DNA of 49,306 nucleotides, filler included, from Ionaspis alba (Eukaryota): the NCBI GenBank assembly GCA_964255285.1. It is 2 parts of 2 records of this genome, joined end to end, with 100 filler letters (N's around TTAATTAATTAA, not from the genome) between each part and the next. Parts side by side here need not be neighbours in the genome. Positions count along the whole stretch, not along the records: positions 1 to 24,629 come from CAXUUL010000170.1; positions 24,730 to 49,306 come from CAXUUL010000171.1. One strand, given 5' to 3'. The stretch's first letter is position 1; each line of letters starts with the position of its first letter. The notes below the pieces were generated by a model that was not told where the DNA came from, made no database searches, and saw only the letters and a program-made list of their open reading frames with translations. Positions 12,416-25,042 of the stretch are shown here, in pieces. The translations under genes and the position numbers were made by a program.

Positions 12416-14202
12416 ATGTCGTCTCAAGGCGCGCAAGACCTTCCGGACCGCCCGAAAGGTGAGGAGGGTGCTGCAGCTCCTTCGAAGAGTGCTCTGAAGA
12501 AAGCAGCGAAGGAGAAAGAGAAGGCCGAAAAGGCAGCAAAACGTCAAGAGCAAGAACGACAAGAGAGGGAGAAAGCTGATGCAAATGACACGGCCAAACA
12601 TCTCTACGGTAAGCTTACGGACGGTGTTGCCCAGCAGGAAGGACAAAAGACCTCAACACCTACGAAGCTACGAGACCTCATATCCGATTCAGAGGGGAAA
12701 GAGGTTACAGTCAGGGCTCGTGTACACAATGCTCGAGTCCAGTCAGCAAAACTTGCTTTTCTTGACTTGAGGCAACGGACGGAGAACATTCAGGCCGTAA
12801 TCGCCGAGGGTGGGGAGAATGGTATATCAAGACAAATGGTCAAATGGTGTGGAGGCTTGAATAAGGAGTCAATTGTCCTGGTCACGGGACTTGTCAAAGT
12901 ACCAAAAGAGCCCATACATTCTGCCACCATCTCTGGCCTCGAGCTTCATGTTGAGAAAGTCTTCGTGGTGGCAGAGGGTCCTGTGCAACTGCCGATGCAG
13001 GTCAAGGATGCCATGCGTCCCCCACCTGTTGGTGAAGAGGCAGAAGGCGAGGACCAGGTTGACAGCCAAGGCGCTCCGATTGTGACGCTGAATACTCGTC
13101 TCAACAATCGTGTTCTCAGTCTACGGACGCCTACTGACCAAGCTATTTTCCAAATCAACGGTGCGGTCTGCGAGCTGTTCCGGGAGTACATGATGAAACA
13201 TCACTTTCAGGAGTTACAGACCCCTAAGATTGCGGGCGCTGCTACGGAAGGGGGCAGTGGCGTCTTTGAGATCAACTACTTCAATTCGCCGGCTTTCCTC
13301 ACTCAAAGCCCACAATTCTACAAGCAGATGGCGATTGCTGGAGATATGGAGAAGGTATTCGAGATAGGACCGGTCTTCAGAGCTGAGAACAGCAATACTC
13401 CACGACATCTCACAGAGGTACTATCGGCAGTCTACGACGAGGCTGGCTCCCGCTAATTTATTCTTAGTTTACGGGTCTTGATTTCGAAATGGAAATCCAT
13501 AATACCTGGGAGGAAGTCATTGACTGTGCCGAAGACCTCCTAATCTTCATCTTCACGGGCCTCCGCGAGCGGTCCAAGTATTGGATGGAGGTCATCCAGC
13601 GCGAGTACCCCGAAGCCGGCAACTTCAAAATTCCCAATGGACGAGCTCCTCGACTTCCTTTCGCTGAAGGGATCAAAATGCTCAACGACGCTGGCATTGA
13701 AGCATCCGCGGACGAAGACATCAAGTAATGCCACTCACTCCTTCTGACCTCTCCGAGCAATTGAAGGCCCAGCTAATGCATACCTTCCAGCACAACCAAC
13801 GAGAAAACCCTCGGCCGGCTCGTCCTTGAAAAATATAACACAGATTTCTACATCCTGACTCACTACCCCGTCGCCGCCCGTCCCTTCTACACCCACCTTG
13901 ACCCAACTGATTCCTCCCTCACCCACTCCTACGACGCCTTCATGCGTGGCCAGGAAATTGTCTCTGGTGCTCAGCGTGTCCATGATCCAGCAATGCTAGC
14001 ACAACGCATGAAGAGCATGGATCCGCCCCTGGACCCTGAGAGCGAAGGCTTTAGGCACTATGTTAATGCTTTTAAGATGGGCTGCGCGCCGCATGGTGGA
14101 GGAGGATTTGGACTGAATCGTATTACGATGCTTTGGTTGGGATTGGGTAATATTAGACAGGCGACGTTGTTTCCAAGGGACCCGCAGCGGAAGGCACCTT
14201 AA
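12416..14202 (+). CDS. DPS1: Cytoplasmic-type aspartyl-tRNA synthetase
   Basis: Exons 12416-13417, 13468-13724, 13791-14202. Lys-rich N-terminal extension (SKSALKKAAKEKEKAEK), OB-fold (VRARVHNARVQSAKLAFLDLRQ), LTQSPQFYKQM, motif 2 GPVFRAENSNT.RHLTEF, SYDAFMRGQEIVSGAQRVHD, motif 3 PHGGGGFGLNR..LFPRDP. Confidence 0.95.
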
Positions 14203-14401
14203 AGGGAGCTTGTGGATAGAAACGGGTTGTTGAAGATCATGATTGAATGTTACAATGTCTGTTGCTAGACCCAAAAGAAATGGATTCTGATAGAATTACA
14301 ATACAGTTCTGCATCGGTCGAGACTTTAGCTTGCAGCTTCGTTTGTAGCATGATTTGAACAGGCTCAATAGCTATTGTTGACAGCATGTACAACTTCTGG
14401 T

Positions 14402-15837
14402 CTAATATTCGTCCCAAATCTCTCTGGCATCTAAGAGATCTCTCTGCCCGTACAGCTCTCCAACAATAGTAACAATCATATCCAGCGTAGCGAGTGCCTC
14501 AATCACGGAGTCCGATCCGTTCTTCTCGTTACCCTGAACCCTTTCCCCATCTCTGGGAGGCGAAGATACTCCAGAGCCAGAGACCTGTGCTAGAAGTGCT
14601 TGCTTAGCCAAAGCCAAAGATCGTTCTTCTGACTCGTAAAGTACTGAAGCACGGTCCGGGACCGCGTCCACCATGGAAGGTCCGTCTGATTCTGAGACAT
14701 TTGCAATGTTGACTCCAGGCTCGTCGGCCATTGCCCCATTTCCTAATCCTTCCTCAGCCGCGCCTTTCGCCAAATCTCTTACGTCTGCTTCGTGCAGATC
14801 TTCTTCTACCTCCTCGTGATCCTCCGCGTCATCCATTTCCAGTTCCTCCCTCTCAGCCCTCAGGCCCTCAATCCTAAGCTTCTGTGACACCTTAACGGCC
14901 TTCTTCCCTACCTCTCTTAGCACCCCAACTTCCTCGCTCCCCATCTCCCCAACATCTCTACACCTGGCCAAAAGGCCCCAGCACCAAGCTCCCAGGTTTT
15001 TGCCCTCCTTTCCCAATAGATTTCTTCTCGTAAGCAGAGTCTCCACTCTTGCTAAGGCTCTTACCAGGGTCTCCTGGGGCATAATGGCAATAACTCGGGA
15101 AGTTGGTGGGGTATATAAAATGGTATGTCGCCAGTGGGCGTGCTTTGCGTTATGGAGCGATGCTGCTTCCGTGCCTGAAGGTCCGACGGCCGAAGAGTTG
15201 GTGGTAGGAGCTTGATTCAGGAGGGTTCGAAGATGCCGGTACCGAGCTAGGAGGCTGGCGTAGTAGAGTTCTTGGGGATCGGATGCCTCGGGCTCGTTGT
15301 CGCCGCACGGTAGGGCAAGGTCCGACCTGCCATTCGTTATGGCAGTAAGAGTAGGTGTAGCTGTGTATGCTCCGTCGGCGTAGTATCCCGTCTCATACTC
15401 GTCTTGGCTACTGTCACCGTCGTCATTGGTTTGTGGGTCTGTAGAAGGTGCTACGAGTAGATTTGGCACTGTTCGCGCCTCGGATCTACATGTGGTATGG
15501 AGTCAGCACTTTACTCGTGCCTGCAGCATGGGAAGCAAGTCTCAGCCGAGTAATCTCTATGCGGAGGGTAAAAGGGGAATTTGCCTTACCTGACCATGCG
15601 CAGATACTCCAATCCATCACTAGCAGGGCCATAAAAGAGCTCCTCTCCGCCGGTTGAGGTGGTATCGAGGCCAGGAAATGCACCACGTTGGCCGTAAGTG
15701 GGATCGATGGCGGATTGGACTTTGTAAGGCATGGTAGGGGGTTCATCTCCGTCGTTCGACCAGGTGGTGGGACGAGAGCGTTTGGAATAAGGGCTTATGT
15801 CTGGGTGACTAGGGATGATTTTGCGCTTCTGAGACAT
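14402..15837 (-). CDS. Gemin2/Brr1 (SIP1)-like snRNP assembly factor
   Basis: Exons 15837-15590 and 15485-14402. Motifs DPTYGQRGAFPGLD, DGLEYLRMVRSEA, GAWCWGLLARC..EEVGVLREVGKKA and C-terminal ATLDMIVTIVGELYGQRDLL. Confidence 0.8.
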
Positions 15838-16171
15838 CTTGACAACAGACTGGATCTATATGTGTGCGGGTGACATTGTTGGTAGATTCATCCTAGGGAG
15901 TAAGTCAACATCTGAACACTCGCCTTGTGTGTCGGATATTTGACATAGATCCCAGGTATGAAATGCATCGGGTTTAGAATATCATGTGCTGTATTTGAAA
16001 GCACTTGAAGACCCTAAAGCTACTCTCACACTAAATCGAGCATTTATCACTGCGTGCTATCAGACACGACTTTTAGTGTCATACACGGACATGCTGTTGC
16101 CCAACGACTCGCTAACAGAAATATGCCCAGGCAGTTACACTCCTTGCGTGTCAATCCATGAAGCATTAGGT

Positions 16172-19100
16172 CTATGAAACGCTCCCAACAACCAAGGCAG
16201 CAATTCCTTCTTCTTCACTTCTCACGGAGATTTTGGTAGTCACCCCCGACTTTGCGGAATACGCCATCTTTATCAGAGCCGCTACCTTGCCGCCACTTAT
16301 TGACTTCCCGTACAGCTTGAGAGTATGTGTAGTGTTCGAAAGGGTGACGTCTGTTCCATCTAGTGGCTGTAGTGAGAGTGTTTTTGTGAGTTGTTCCGTT
16401 GCATCTAGGTCCGTAGATCAGCGATTGCCTTTCAAGAGCCTGTTTCGATGGGATACGAGTATTCAAATAAACTTGGACTCACCTGCTATACTCTTGGTGT
16501 TACTCAATTGCATTGTTTCAGATGCCTCGTCTCCGTTGGCTCCCGTCTGCTCCCACACGTGGTCGAAGCTACCAGCAAATGCAGGTAAAAGGTAATCACT
16601 GCCCGTAAGTTCCAAGTCCTCCACTTGATACTCATCTTCGTATCCGGTTGAATCCGGTTCACCGGTTGTTGGGTCTATCTCTTTGCTTGTGAATTTCAAA
16701 ACATTGGTGAACGAAGTGACCGCCAAGGGAGTCTCGTCAGACTTCTTGAAGCTCACATATATGGTGCCAGGCTCATCTGTGGATAACTTCGATACAGGGA
16801 TGATGAATTCTTCTTCAAGACCTTCGTCCTCGTCTGATGGCGTAGCGACAATTGAAACCTCTTCCAGCACAGTATCTGCCAGAGTGTTCTTTACATCGTA
16901 CTGGAGTACCAAGTGGTCCTTGAATATGTGTTTAACAACACTGACAACGTACTCGGTTTCAGACTCGGTAAGTTCGATCAGCTGTGACGACTTGAGAACA
17001 TTTCCGTATGCTTTGAGCTCGGGGATTGCTGATAACTGTTGTGAGTATTTCTGTGCTTGCGCTGTAGCTGAAACAACACTCTCTGCTGTGCCATTGACCT
17101 GGCTTTTCTTTGGTCCAGCGCTAGGCGCTTTGAGGGTTGGTGTTGCTGTCGTGAGCTTCTTGGTCCGCTCCTCCGCGAGCGCTTGCTCATGGGTGACGAC
17201 TGGTACCGTGGAGAGATCGAATGCTTTTGAGAACACGGCCTTATCATCCGCTGTTACGTACATGACAAGCTGGTGCTCGAATGTAGCGAGCGAAAACATG
17301 GAGTCTAATTCCAGGTTAGAAAGGCTATGTTCGAAACTGTTTCTAGAATTCTTACCATTCTTGATGAAGCGGTTTGCCATGTCGTCGTCCTCACTCATGA
17401 GTCTCAGATTTAAGGCCGCTCGATCTCGCACTTCGTCGTCGGTGTCGTCCAGACATCTTGTGAGTAGCACTGTGACAGAGCGTTTGACTTCAGGATCTTT
17501 CTGTCCCACACCGAACTTTGCCAATGCTGTGACGGCTGCAGCTCTCACCAGAGCGTTCTCCAGCACTACACGATTGTATATGTAGCGGATGTATTTCGTA
17601 GGTTGTGACGTCTTAGGACCTTCCACACCGAGTAGATGCAATATTCGTACAGCCAGTTTTGTGAATTCGCAGTCCTCAATAAATTCACAAAGGTGTGCAA
17701 GCGCTACGGTAGTCAGATCAGGTGAACCGCAATGTACGGAGAAGACTCACCATCTTCCTTACTTCCAGGTACGAACTTGATCAGATCGAACATGCTCTCT
17801 ACTACGCTTCGCTTGAACTCATAGCCACCCTCATCCCTCAATATCCCGCTCAAGAAAGCAAGCATACCTGCCTGCTTGCTTGGAAACTTGAGGCAGAGTG
17901 TCCGAATGGCCTCGACAATGGTGATCTTAAACTCATCCGTGATATCTGCCATGAAGCCGGAGATTTGTTTCATGAGTCGGTCAACGCTACTTTCATTTCC
18001 GGTTTTCAATAATGTCGTGATAGCAAAGGTAGCGATAGATCGATTCGAATTGGAAATAAGGGTCTCGATGTCTGGGTTGCAGGGATGGACCGCTTGTGGC
18101 TTGAAAGACGCTATACTGTGGAGAATACGAACGGCAGCAAATTTGGTAACAGCCCGAGGGGAGGTCAGGAATAATTGAAGAGTGTGTATGGCCTGTGTCA
18201 TCTCGGCTTCGGTGACATCGTGCATGTTACAAATTGCCTTAGCAGCCTCGAAATTGACCATCTCACTCTTGTGTCTAAGCCAGCCATCAAGGAGTTGCAG
18301 CATGGGCTTCCGCATACTTTGGTCATCCTCTGCGAGTTTGGCGGCAAGCCGGACTAGCATGACAACTCCAGCAGGACTTTTGACAACGCCGGGCGCACCG
18401 AGTTGCTGAACCATCTTCACCAGTGCCATCCGATCGTGAGATCTCATCTGGTATAGGAGGCCAATTGCATGGTACTGGGTCATGTAGTTCGTATTCGCTG
18501 CCGCCAAAGAGTGCTGACTACCAGAGGTCGAGAATCCGAGAGAGAATCCACCAGATGCTTTCGACGAGGAAGCTGCTTCTTGTGTCTCGCTCTGCCACCT
18601 TCGAACGACATCTCGGGCTATGGGTAAAAGATGGTAAGAGGAGACGAGGGCTGCCGACGATACAGAAGGGGTCTTGTCCACGATTGCGGTCTTGATCAAC
18701 CTCTCGATGGCTTGAACAGTGGTGGCCTCACTCAGGTTAGCTAGAGCAAATCCGGTATTTTGAGTGTGACGCTTACATCAATAATCCGACATAGTGCTCG
18801 AATTGCATTTGCTCGGTAGAGGATGTCACTTCCCACAGCTGTGTCTTTCATGATACTGCTTGTAACCATAATAACATCTTCTGCTGTGTTTGCCAACTCT
18901 TTGATGACCAGGTAGACCATCTGGCGTAGTGAGGCATCTTTGTTCTGGAAAAGCTTCGATATACCAAAGAAGAGGGATGTGGCTTCATTGGTTGGAAACT
19001 TTTCTCCAGTGAAGAGAAGGAGTGCGATTTTGGTAAGTAGTCTTCGGCATCTTAATGGTGATATGGGTGACGAGTTGAAGAGTCGAGCTGTACCAAATTC

Positions 19101-19212
19101 AGCGAAAATAATCCCAAGGGTCTGTGTTCAGCGTACCTTCTTGAAACACGGAAGTCCTGTCCACCTTCAGGATGGCCTGGTCGGCGTCTTCGTCTTTCTT
19201 TCCGTAGCTCAT
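16172..19212 (-). CDS. SEC21: Coatomer subunit gamma (gamma-COP)
   Basis: Starts MSYGKKDEDADQAILKVDRTSVFQE. About six exons (approx. 19212-19137, 19087-18777, 18727-17752, 17704-17356, 17304-16483, 16420-16172). Motifs SNRSIATFAITTLLKTG, YIRYIYNRVVLENALVRAAAVTALAKF, LTESETEYVV and YEDEYQVEDLEL. Confidence 0.96.
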
Positions 19213-19599
19213 GATGCCGCTGGATTTCGTAAACTGGGGTTTTCAATGGTTGCAAGCTATGGTGGACACGATTTGACGCGGAGGTCACTCCGGGGCTTAC
19301 AGCCCACCGACGTAGAGCACGGCGTGCTGTTGCCTTAAAAATCGAGCTTTGCTCTTGGCGCTGCATTCAATCCATGTTGAAATCGACTGGAGGACCTACT
19401 GCTGAATATTGCCCTGGCTTGACCATACGAGAGAGTAATGATCGTGGGCATATACCAGATATAATTCTTGGCTCTACCTGAGCCGATTCGCTACGTCTCC
19501 TAAAGTGCGTCGCTTGGCAAACAGTGCAAACATTTCTATCTCCAGCGCAAGCTCTCCAGGCACCTTTCCGCGCTCTCTTATCCTTCAGCAAAAAGCACA

Positions 19600-20498
19600 A
19601 TGGATATGCCTGTTAATGTTCCCGTGGATGATCCAAATGCCGATACCGAATGGTACTTTGGCTGGCCATCTATTACGACTAATACTAAGATCAATATAGG
19701 AATGATATCCTTCGTAAGCATGGGATAATCCCTGAAAAACCGCCTTCTCCCACCCCAATCATCGAGGAGGCTGTTCAGGAAGCCCTAAGGAAGGCCCATG
19801 ACAATCGGTTGGAAGGGAAAGATCTGGATGAGTTAGATGAGTTAGAAGACGAAGAAGACGCGGCTTTTCTAGAAAAATATCGGTATGGCACAATTCAGAA
19901 ATCCTGACACCTATTTCTGAGTTATATTACAGACAGCAGCGACTAGCCGAGCTTTCGACCATCTCAAGTGCAAGTGTGTTCAATCAAGTCTATCCTGTCC
20001 AGAAGCCGGATTACGCCAGAGATGTCACCGAAGCATCCAGCCGGGCATTCGTCTTAGTGCATTTGACATCCTCGTTAGGGACCAATATAGAGTCTCGGTT
20101 ACTGACCGAATTATGGCGAGAATTGGCTCGCAAATTCGGAGACGTCAAGTTCTGTGAGATGCGGGCGGACCTGTGTATAGAAGGATATCCTGAAAGGAAT
20201 ACGCCGACTATCCTCGTCTATCGCAGTGGAGATGTTGTGAAGCAAATCATCACACTGAAAGAACTAGGAGGGCAAAGGACTACTATCAGAGGTGGAGATG
20301 ACTGCTCGTTCAAAACCTCGCTACGTCTAACTAATGTGTCCAATAGATATTCAAAGACTTCTTGTAGAGGTCGGAGCGCTGAAAAACAGTGATCACCGTC
20401 TTCGAAGCGCCGAAGATTTTGAGCAGGCTCAGGTTTCGAAGGATTTGCGTGGTAGCAAGATTTCCTCCACTGGCGACGAAGACGACGATTGGGACTGA
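19600..20498 (+). CDS. PLP2: Phosducin-like protein (Plp2/PhLP2, CCT co-chaperone)
   Basis: Exons 19600-19652, 19700-19882, 19933-20291, 20347-20498. Motifs [47 protein letters not shown], thioredoxin-like region CIEGYPERNTPTILVY, and acidic end DEDDDWD. Confidence 0.93.
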
Positions 20499-21925
20499 GG
20501 ACTGATCAGCATAAGTCGGGAATCAGTTTCTCGATATCCTCTCTCCGAAAGCTGCCGAGGTGCTTCACGTATGTACAAGTTACATCACGTTACTCTGCCC
20601 GTTTTCTCAAGACGAAAGCGGATTTGGCCATTTTGCAGAGCATGATCAGAGAAAGTTGCCTTTCGGCACTGGATTGCTCCATATGTACTATTGCTCAGAG
20701 GGTGTGTTCACCAAGCATTGGCGGACTGAGCAACAACACTTGCAATCCGTTTATCACGTGGCCCCACAGCAGAAGCGAGGCATACCAGGACGTCGATGTC
20801 AAGATGACCCTAAAATCCAGGAATGGATATTTTGGGGAAGAAAATTGTGATTGGTCGCCAGAATTTCACCGAAAGATCTTCTGTGTTTCCAATCCATCTG
20901 CTACGGACGAGGTAGTGTAAGGAAATGTGTCTTTGCGGGCTGACAAGGGGTTTTAAGGCGCTTTGTGCCGACAACGAGCTTCATACAAGTGCACTACTAC
21001 CATGATTTCATGAAGTGTGACAGAGACTGCATGGACGAGATACTCATTGCTTGGACGCAAATCATTGTGCTTCGCGTACTGATTACAAGCATGTATCTGC
21101 CGCAGTTGGCATGGCATAGTGTAGCCCTAGCTTGCCCTGCCCTTTCGATATAAGCCACAGCGGTTGGTGGCCCGTGGCAGCATTTAGTGTCCCTTCCACT
21201 TCCCGTGGTCGTGAAATGAGAATATAAGGGTCGTAGCTATCCTTAAAATCCTTTCAAAAGATCGCAGTGACTCCGAGGCTCGTAGTATTCATAAGACAAG
21301 AAATCTGTAATGATTTCTCTGGATTGACAGTGCTGAATAGTTCCTCTGACATTCCGTATCAACGCCTCGGAGATTCGAACAACGAAGCTATGTAAAACGT
21401 CGGCCCTGAGGGAAACGTTCCGGACGCGGTACAGCCCCACAGCCATACCAATCAAAATAGGCGCTTCGAGGCGTGCTCAGCAGCTCACAGTATCTGTACC
21501 CCTCCATCGTCCCCCGCTAATGATTAGATAATAGACGACCCAGCAATACCCGACCTCTCACAAGCATCCTTCATGTACCAAACGAGCAAGCAGAGGCGAA
21601 CGAGCCGGCCTCCTCGCTGACCGCTAAACGGCAGAGCTGGACATCCGTTGCCCATGAACACCTATTGCTACTTCTGTCTCTCTTTTGTCTTTCGATGTCA
21701 CCGCTGCTTCCGTGACACTCTTTGATCTATGGTTGTCGAACAACGCTCCGAAGTGAATCTCCGTCTTAAGCATATTTATAACATACCTTGCATGAAGGAC
21801 CCTTGAGAATAACAGCCACTACGTTTGAGATCCTAGCCGTCGTTTCGAATCAACAGTCCCTGCCTCCTTAGGACTTCTGTCTTCGACCTTCAGGCTACTC
21901 CGAAAGGAGACCGGACTTGTCAGCA

Positions 21926-22970
21926 ATGGATTACTCCTATTTCTCCGCACCGACACAGTCATACGCGCCTTTCATTGGGCTATCACCAACACCAGCGCAT
22001 TCGTACGAGCAGCCAGATGAACCGAGCAACGAGTCTTCTGTATGTGTACCCACCGCCATTCGCTCCTTGGGTACCTGAATCTCCACTAACGGGGGTCGCC
22101 AGGACGTTTATCCGGCTACAAATGGTTTCCAGGGCTTTGAGCAACCTTACCATCGATTTCCAGAAAACCCAGTGTATATTCCTACCCAACTCCAGCAGCA
22201 CTCGCCACCGGATTCTCACCCATCATCTATGATCAATGTCGCACAGCAAGACACTTCATCCAATGGCATCACTGGCGGCCCAGATCATGACAACAACGAT
22301 CAGAACGGGAACCGAAGCAGCAGCGAAGAGAAGGAAAGTCTGACACCTGCCCAAAGCCGGCGGAAAGCCCAGAACAGAGCAGCGTGAGCCTCCTGCACTG
22401 AGCCCCCTGTGACGCCACCCTCGACTAAGCTTCGATCTTTCTCTTCACAGCCAACGAGCTTTCCGTGAACGGAAAGAACAGCACGTCAAAGACCTCGAGT
22501 CAAAACTCAACGCTCTCTCCGCCCACTCCAGCACCCTGCTAACAGACAACGAACGGCTGAAACGCGAATTACAGAAGCTCGCAACACAGAACGAAATACT
22601 CCGCGCTACAGCCAATACCTCACATACTCTACAAAGCCGCACAGTGCGAGCCCCATCACCCATCCCGGGCCCACAAACCTATTCCCCAGTCGATTTCCAG
22701 GTCGCGGTAGGTGTCGATCCGACCCTGCATCCCATTTCGTACGAAGACTTTGGCGGGGAGGAGGGCGATCGTCTACTTGCGGCTGGCGCAACCTGGGATC
22801 TGATAAAGAGTCATGAGTTGTGTCGAAGAGGGATGGTGGATGTAGGAGAAGTGTGTCGGAGGTTGAAGGGCAGGGCAGAATGTGATGGCCGGGGGCCGGC
22901 ATTTAGGGAGAGTGTGATTAAGAGGGCAATTGAGGAAAGTGTGCTTGGTGGGAGTGATGAGTTGATCTGA
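21926..22970 (+). CDS. rsmA: Yap-like bZIP transcription factor (RsmA/Fcr3 type)
   Basis: Exons 21926-22039, 22103-22383, 22451-22970. Basic region SRRKAQNRAAQRAFRERKEQHVKDLE plus leucine zipper. C-terminal LLAAGATWDLI..VDVGEVCRRLKGRAECDGRGPAF domain ending GSDELI, as in the RsmA/Fcr3/Yap3 group. Confidence 0.85.
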
Positions 22971-23655
22971 GGAGAGTGGAAAAAGGGGCGGATTGGTCCT
23001 AGGTTGCGATGCGAAAGGAACGATGATAATGAGTGGGATTATGGATGGCGAAATGCGGGTGTGGATCATTAGGAGCAGGGCGGAGGAAAATGGGGAATTG
23101 CGAATGGTGCATGGATACCGAATTGGTTGTCCGCGTGAAGCGTGAATAGCGAAAATTATCAGAGCGGAATACCTCGGTTGTTGAGAAAGGGGAGTTGTTT
23201 GAACTGGATATACCTGGCACCAATAGTTTCTGCTTCTGTTTTGGGCAGACTTCAAGCATTCTCTTCATAACTACCCATAACATTTATCCTCTTCAAACAC
23301 CATTTAACAGAACGCTCTTCAATAGAAACTGCAACTGACATGCATCACTTTAGCGTAGCTTAGGCACCGCAGCATGACATGCGGATGTCTCTCAATAGTC
23401 CAAGCATCTATGACAGATTTACTCGAGCCATCTCGTATTTTCGGTGAGCTAACTCATGTGATTTTTCGAAGAATTCCAAGTTCTAATTCATTGACTGTTC
23501 TACAGTAACAAAGACGACAATAAAGGAAGGAAAGCAACGACACTGACTCTTGGCATGTCTCATTTCTCCTGGTGTCAAATTAGGATTATATCATCAAATA
23601 AGTTTCGTAGAACTTCTATAGTACCCTGTGGCTTCACTCGAAACACAATTTATTT

Positions 23656-23748
23656 TCCGGTATGGTGTAGGGGTTAACATCGCCCGCTTTCATCGTACCA
23701 ATCGACTGATGAGCCGGGCAGCCCCGGGTTCGATTCCCGGTACCGGAA
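23656..23748 (+). tRNA. tRNA-Glu (anticodon UUC) with a 21-nt intron
   Basis: Acceptor stem TCCGGTA/TACCGGA, anticodon stem GCCCG/CGGGC with TTC at 23689-23691, intron 23693-23713 one base 3' of the anticodon, T arm CCGGG-TTCGATT-CCCGG. Mature length 72 nt. Confidence 0.95.
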
Positions 23749-23755
23749 TTATGCT

Positions 23756-23762
23756 TTTTTTT
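23756..23762 (+). terminator. RNA polymerase III terminator (T-run)
   Basis: TTTTTTT run starting 8 nt after the tRNA discriminator base. Confidence 0.8.
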
Positions 23763-24629
23763 GGCATTTCTTGTGGACAACATGGTCGGACTATTGTATT
23801 GTTTTTGTGCATTGAGTTGGACGGGAAGTTGAATTGCGGGTCTAGGCAGCAGGAAGATCATGATACATCATGCATACACGAAGCGAGGTAGATATGAAAT
23901 CGACAACAAAACTCGGAACAATATTATGTCTTTTCTAGCAATTTTAAATGGAGCATCCTGGCGCTGTATCTATGGATTTTTCTAGTGCCTCTGCCAGAAT
24001 TCATAAGCATGGGTAACTTTTCTGAGGCACCGCTGTTTTCGGGCTCCCATGTGTGCGGCTGTTCAGTTTAGAATATTGATCATTCGTAGTTATGAGTCAA
24101 AAGGAATTCTCGGTGGTACTAGAAGAACATTCATATCTCAATCTGATTCGTGGATCTTGAGATAGAAGAGTCATCCCTTCCCCTCACAGACCAGCCAAAA
24201 GATCCCTGCTCTAAGGGCTCACAACCCTTCGCCTAATTTTCCTAGTGCAAATACACTAGCGTATGGCTCACACGACTCTGAACCAACCTCGATTTCACAT
24301 ATAACTAATCATCGACATTCATTTCAGCGACCTTTCGTCTACGGACCTTTGCACTTTATCAAGCGCATAATCACGATCTCAAGCACAAGCAACTGCCCTT
24401 GAAGTCGCGAACATGGTATGTCTCATCCCAGAGTGTGCGCACAAAGATTTTCGAAAGGACGCGAAACATACTTTCGAGACCCCTCCTTACCTGCCCAATA
24501 TGAATGAACATAAACTGACATCTTTTACTTCTAGGTTCTCGCAGTCGATCTTCTAAACCCAACGCCTCAGGCGGAGGCTCGCAAGCATAAGCTGAAGGTA
24601 GGCAAAGCTCCCTTCACTGCCCACAATCC

Positions 24630-24729
24630 NNNNNNNNNNNNNNNNNNNNNNNNNNNNNNNNNNNNNNNNNNNNTTAATTAATTAANNNNNNNNNNNNNNN
24701 NNNNNNNNNNNNNNNNNNNNNNNNNNNNN
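24630..24729. other. Assembly gap with artificial six-frame stop linker
   Basis: 44 N + TTAATTAATTAA (24674-24685) + 44 N = 100 nt. This is a scaffolding spacer with stop codons in all six frames. Confidence 0.95.
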
Positions 24730-25042
24730 TTTTGATCTCTCACTCTTTCTCTCTCAGCTTATGGTTGCAAGTGGCTTCTCGAAGATGATCCTTCCTCTAC
24801 AGCGCGATGTTGACGTCCCGACAGCTCCGTGTCGGAGCTACCGCTTTGAGATCAACAGTCAATTGACAAGCTGAGATACATATCTTCCAACATACTAACG
24901 GCAACGCCCTTTTGTCACCGTGAAGTTCTATAAAGAAGATGAAATTTCCGAAGAGATTCCAATAATCAAGACACCGAGTCCGAGCAGCTACAGAATTACT
25001 TCTCTTTCTAATTTCTTCTAGCATCTCAAGTCTTTATCAATC

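Noticed and set aside
16683..17585. 300-aa ORF on + strand
   Set aside because: Antisense shadow of gamma-COP with Ser-rich composition and no recognisable motifs.
20489..20920. 143-aa and 96-aa ORFs downstream of PLP2
   Set aside because: Non-ATG starts, no recognisable motifs, and they overlap the expected 3' UTR.
24674..24685. Palindromic TTAATTAATTAA inside the N run
   Set aside because: Centred exactly in a 100-nt N spacer with stops in all six frames, so it is a scaffolding linker and not biology.
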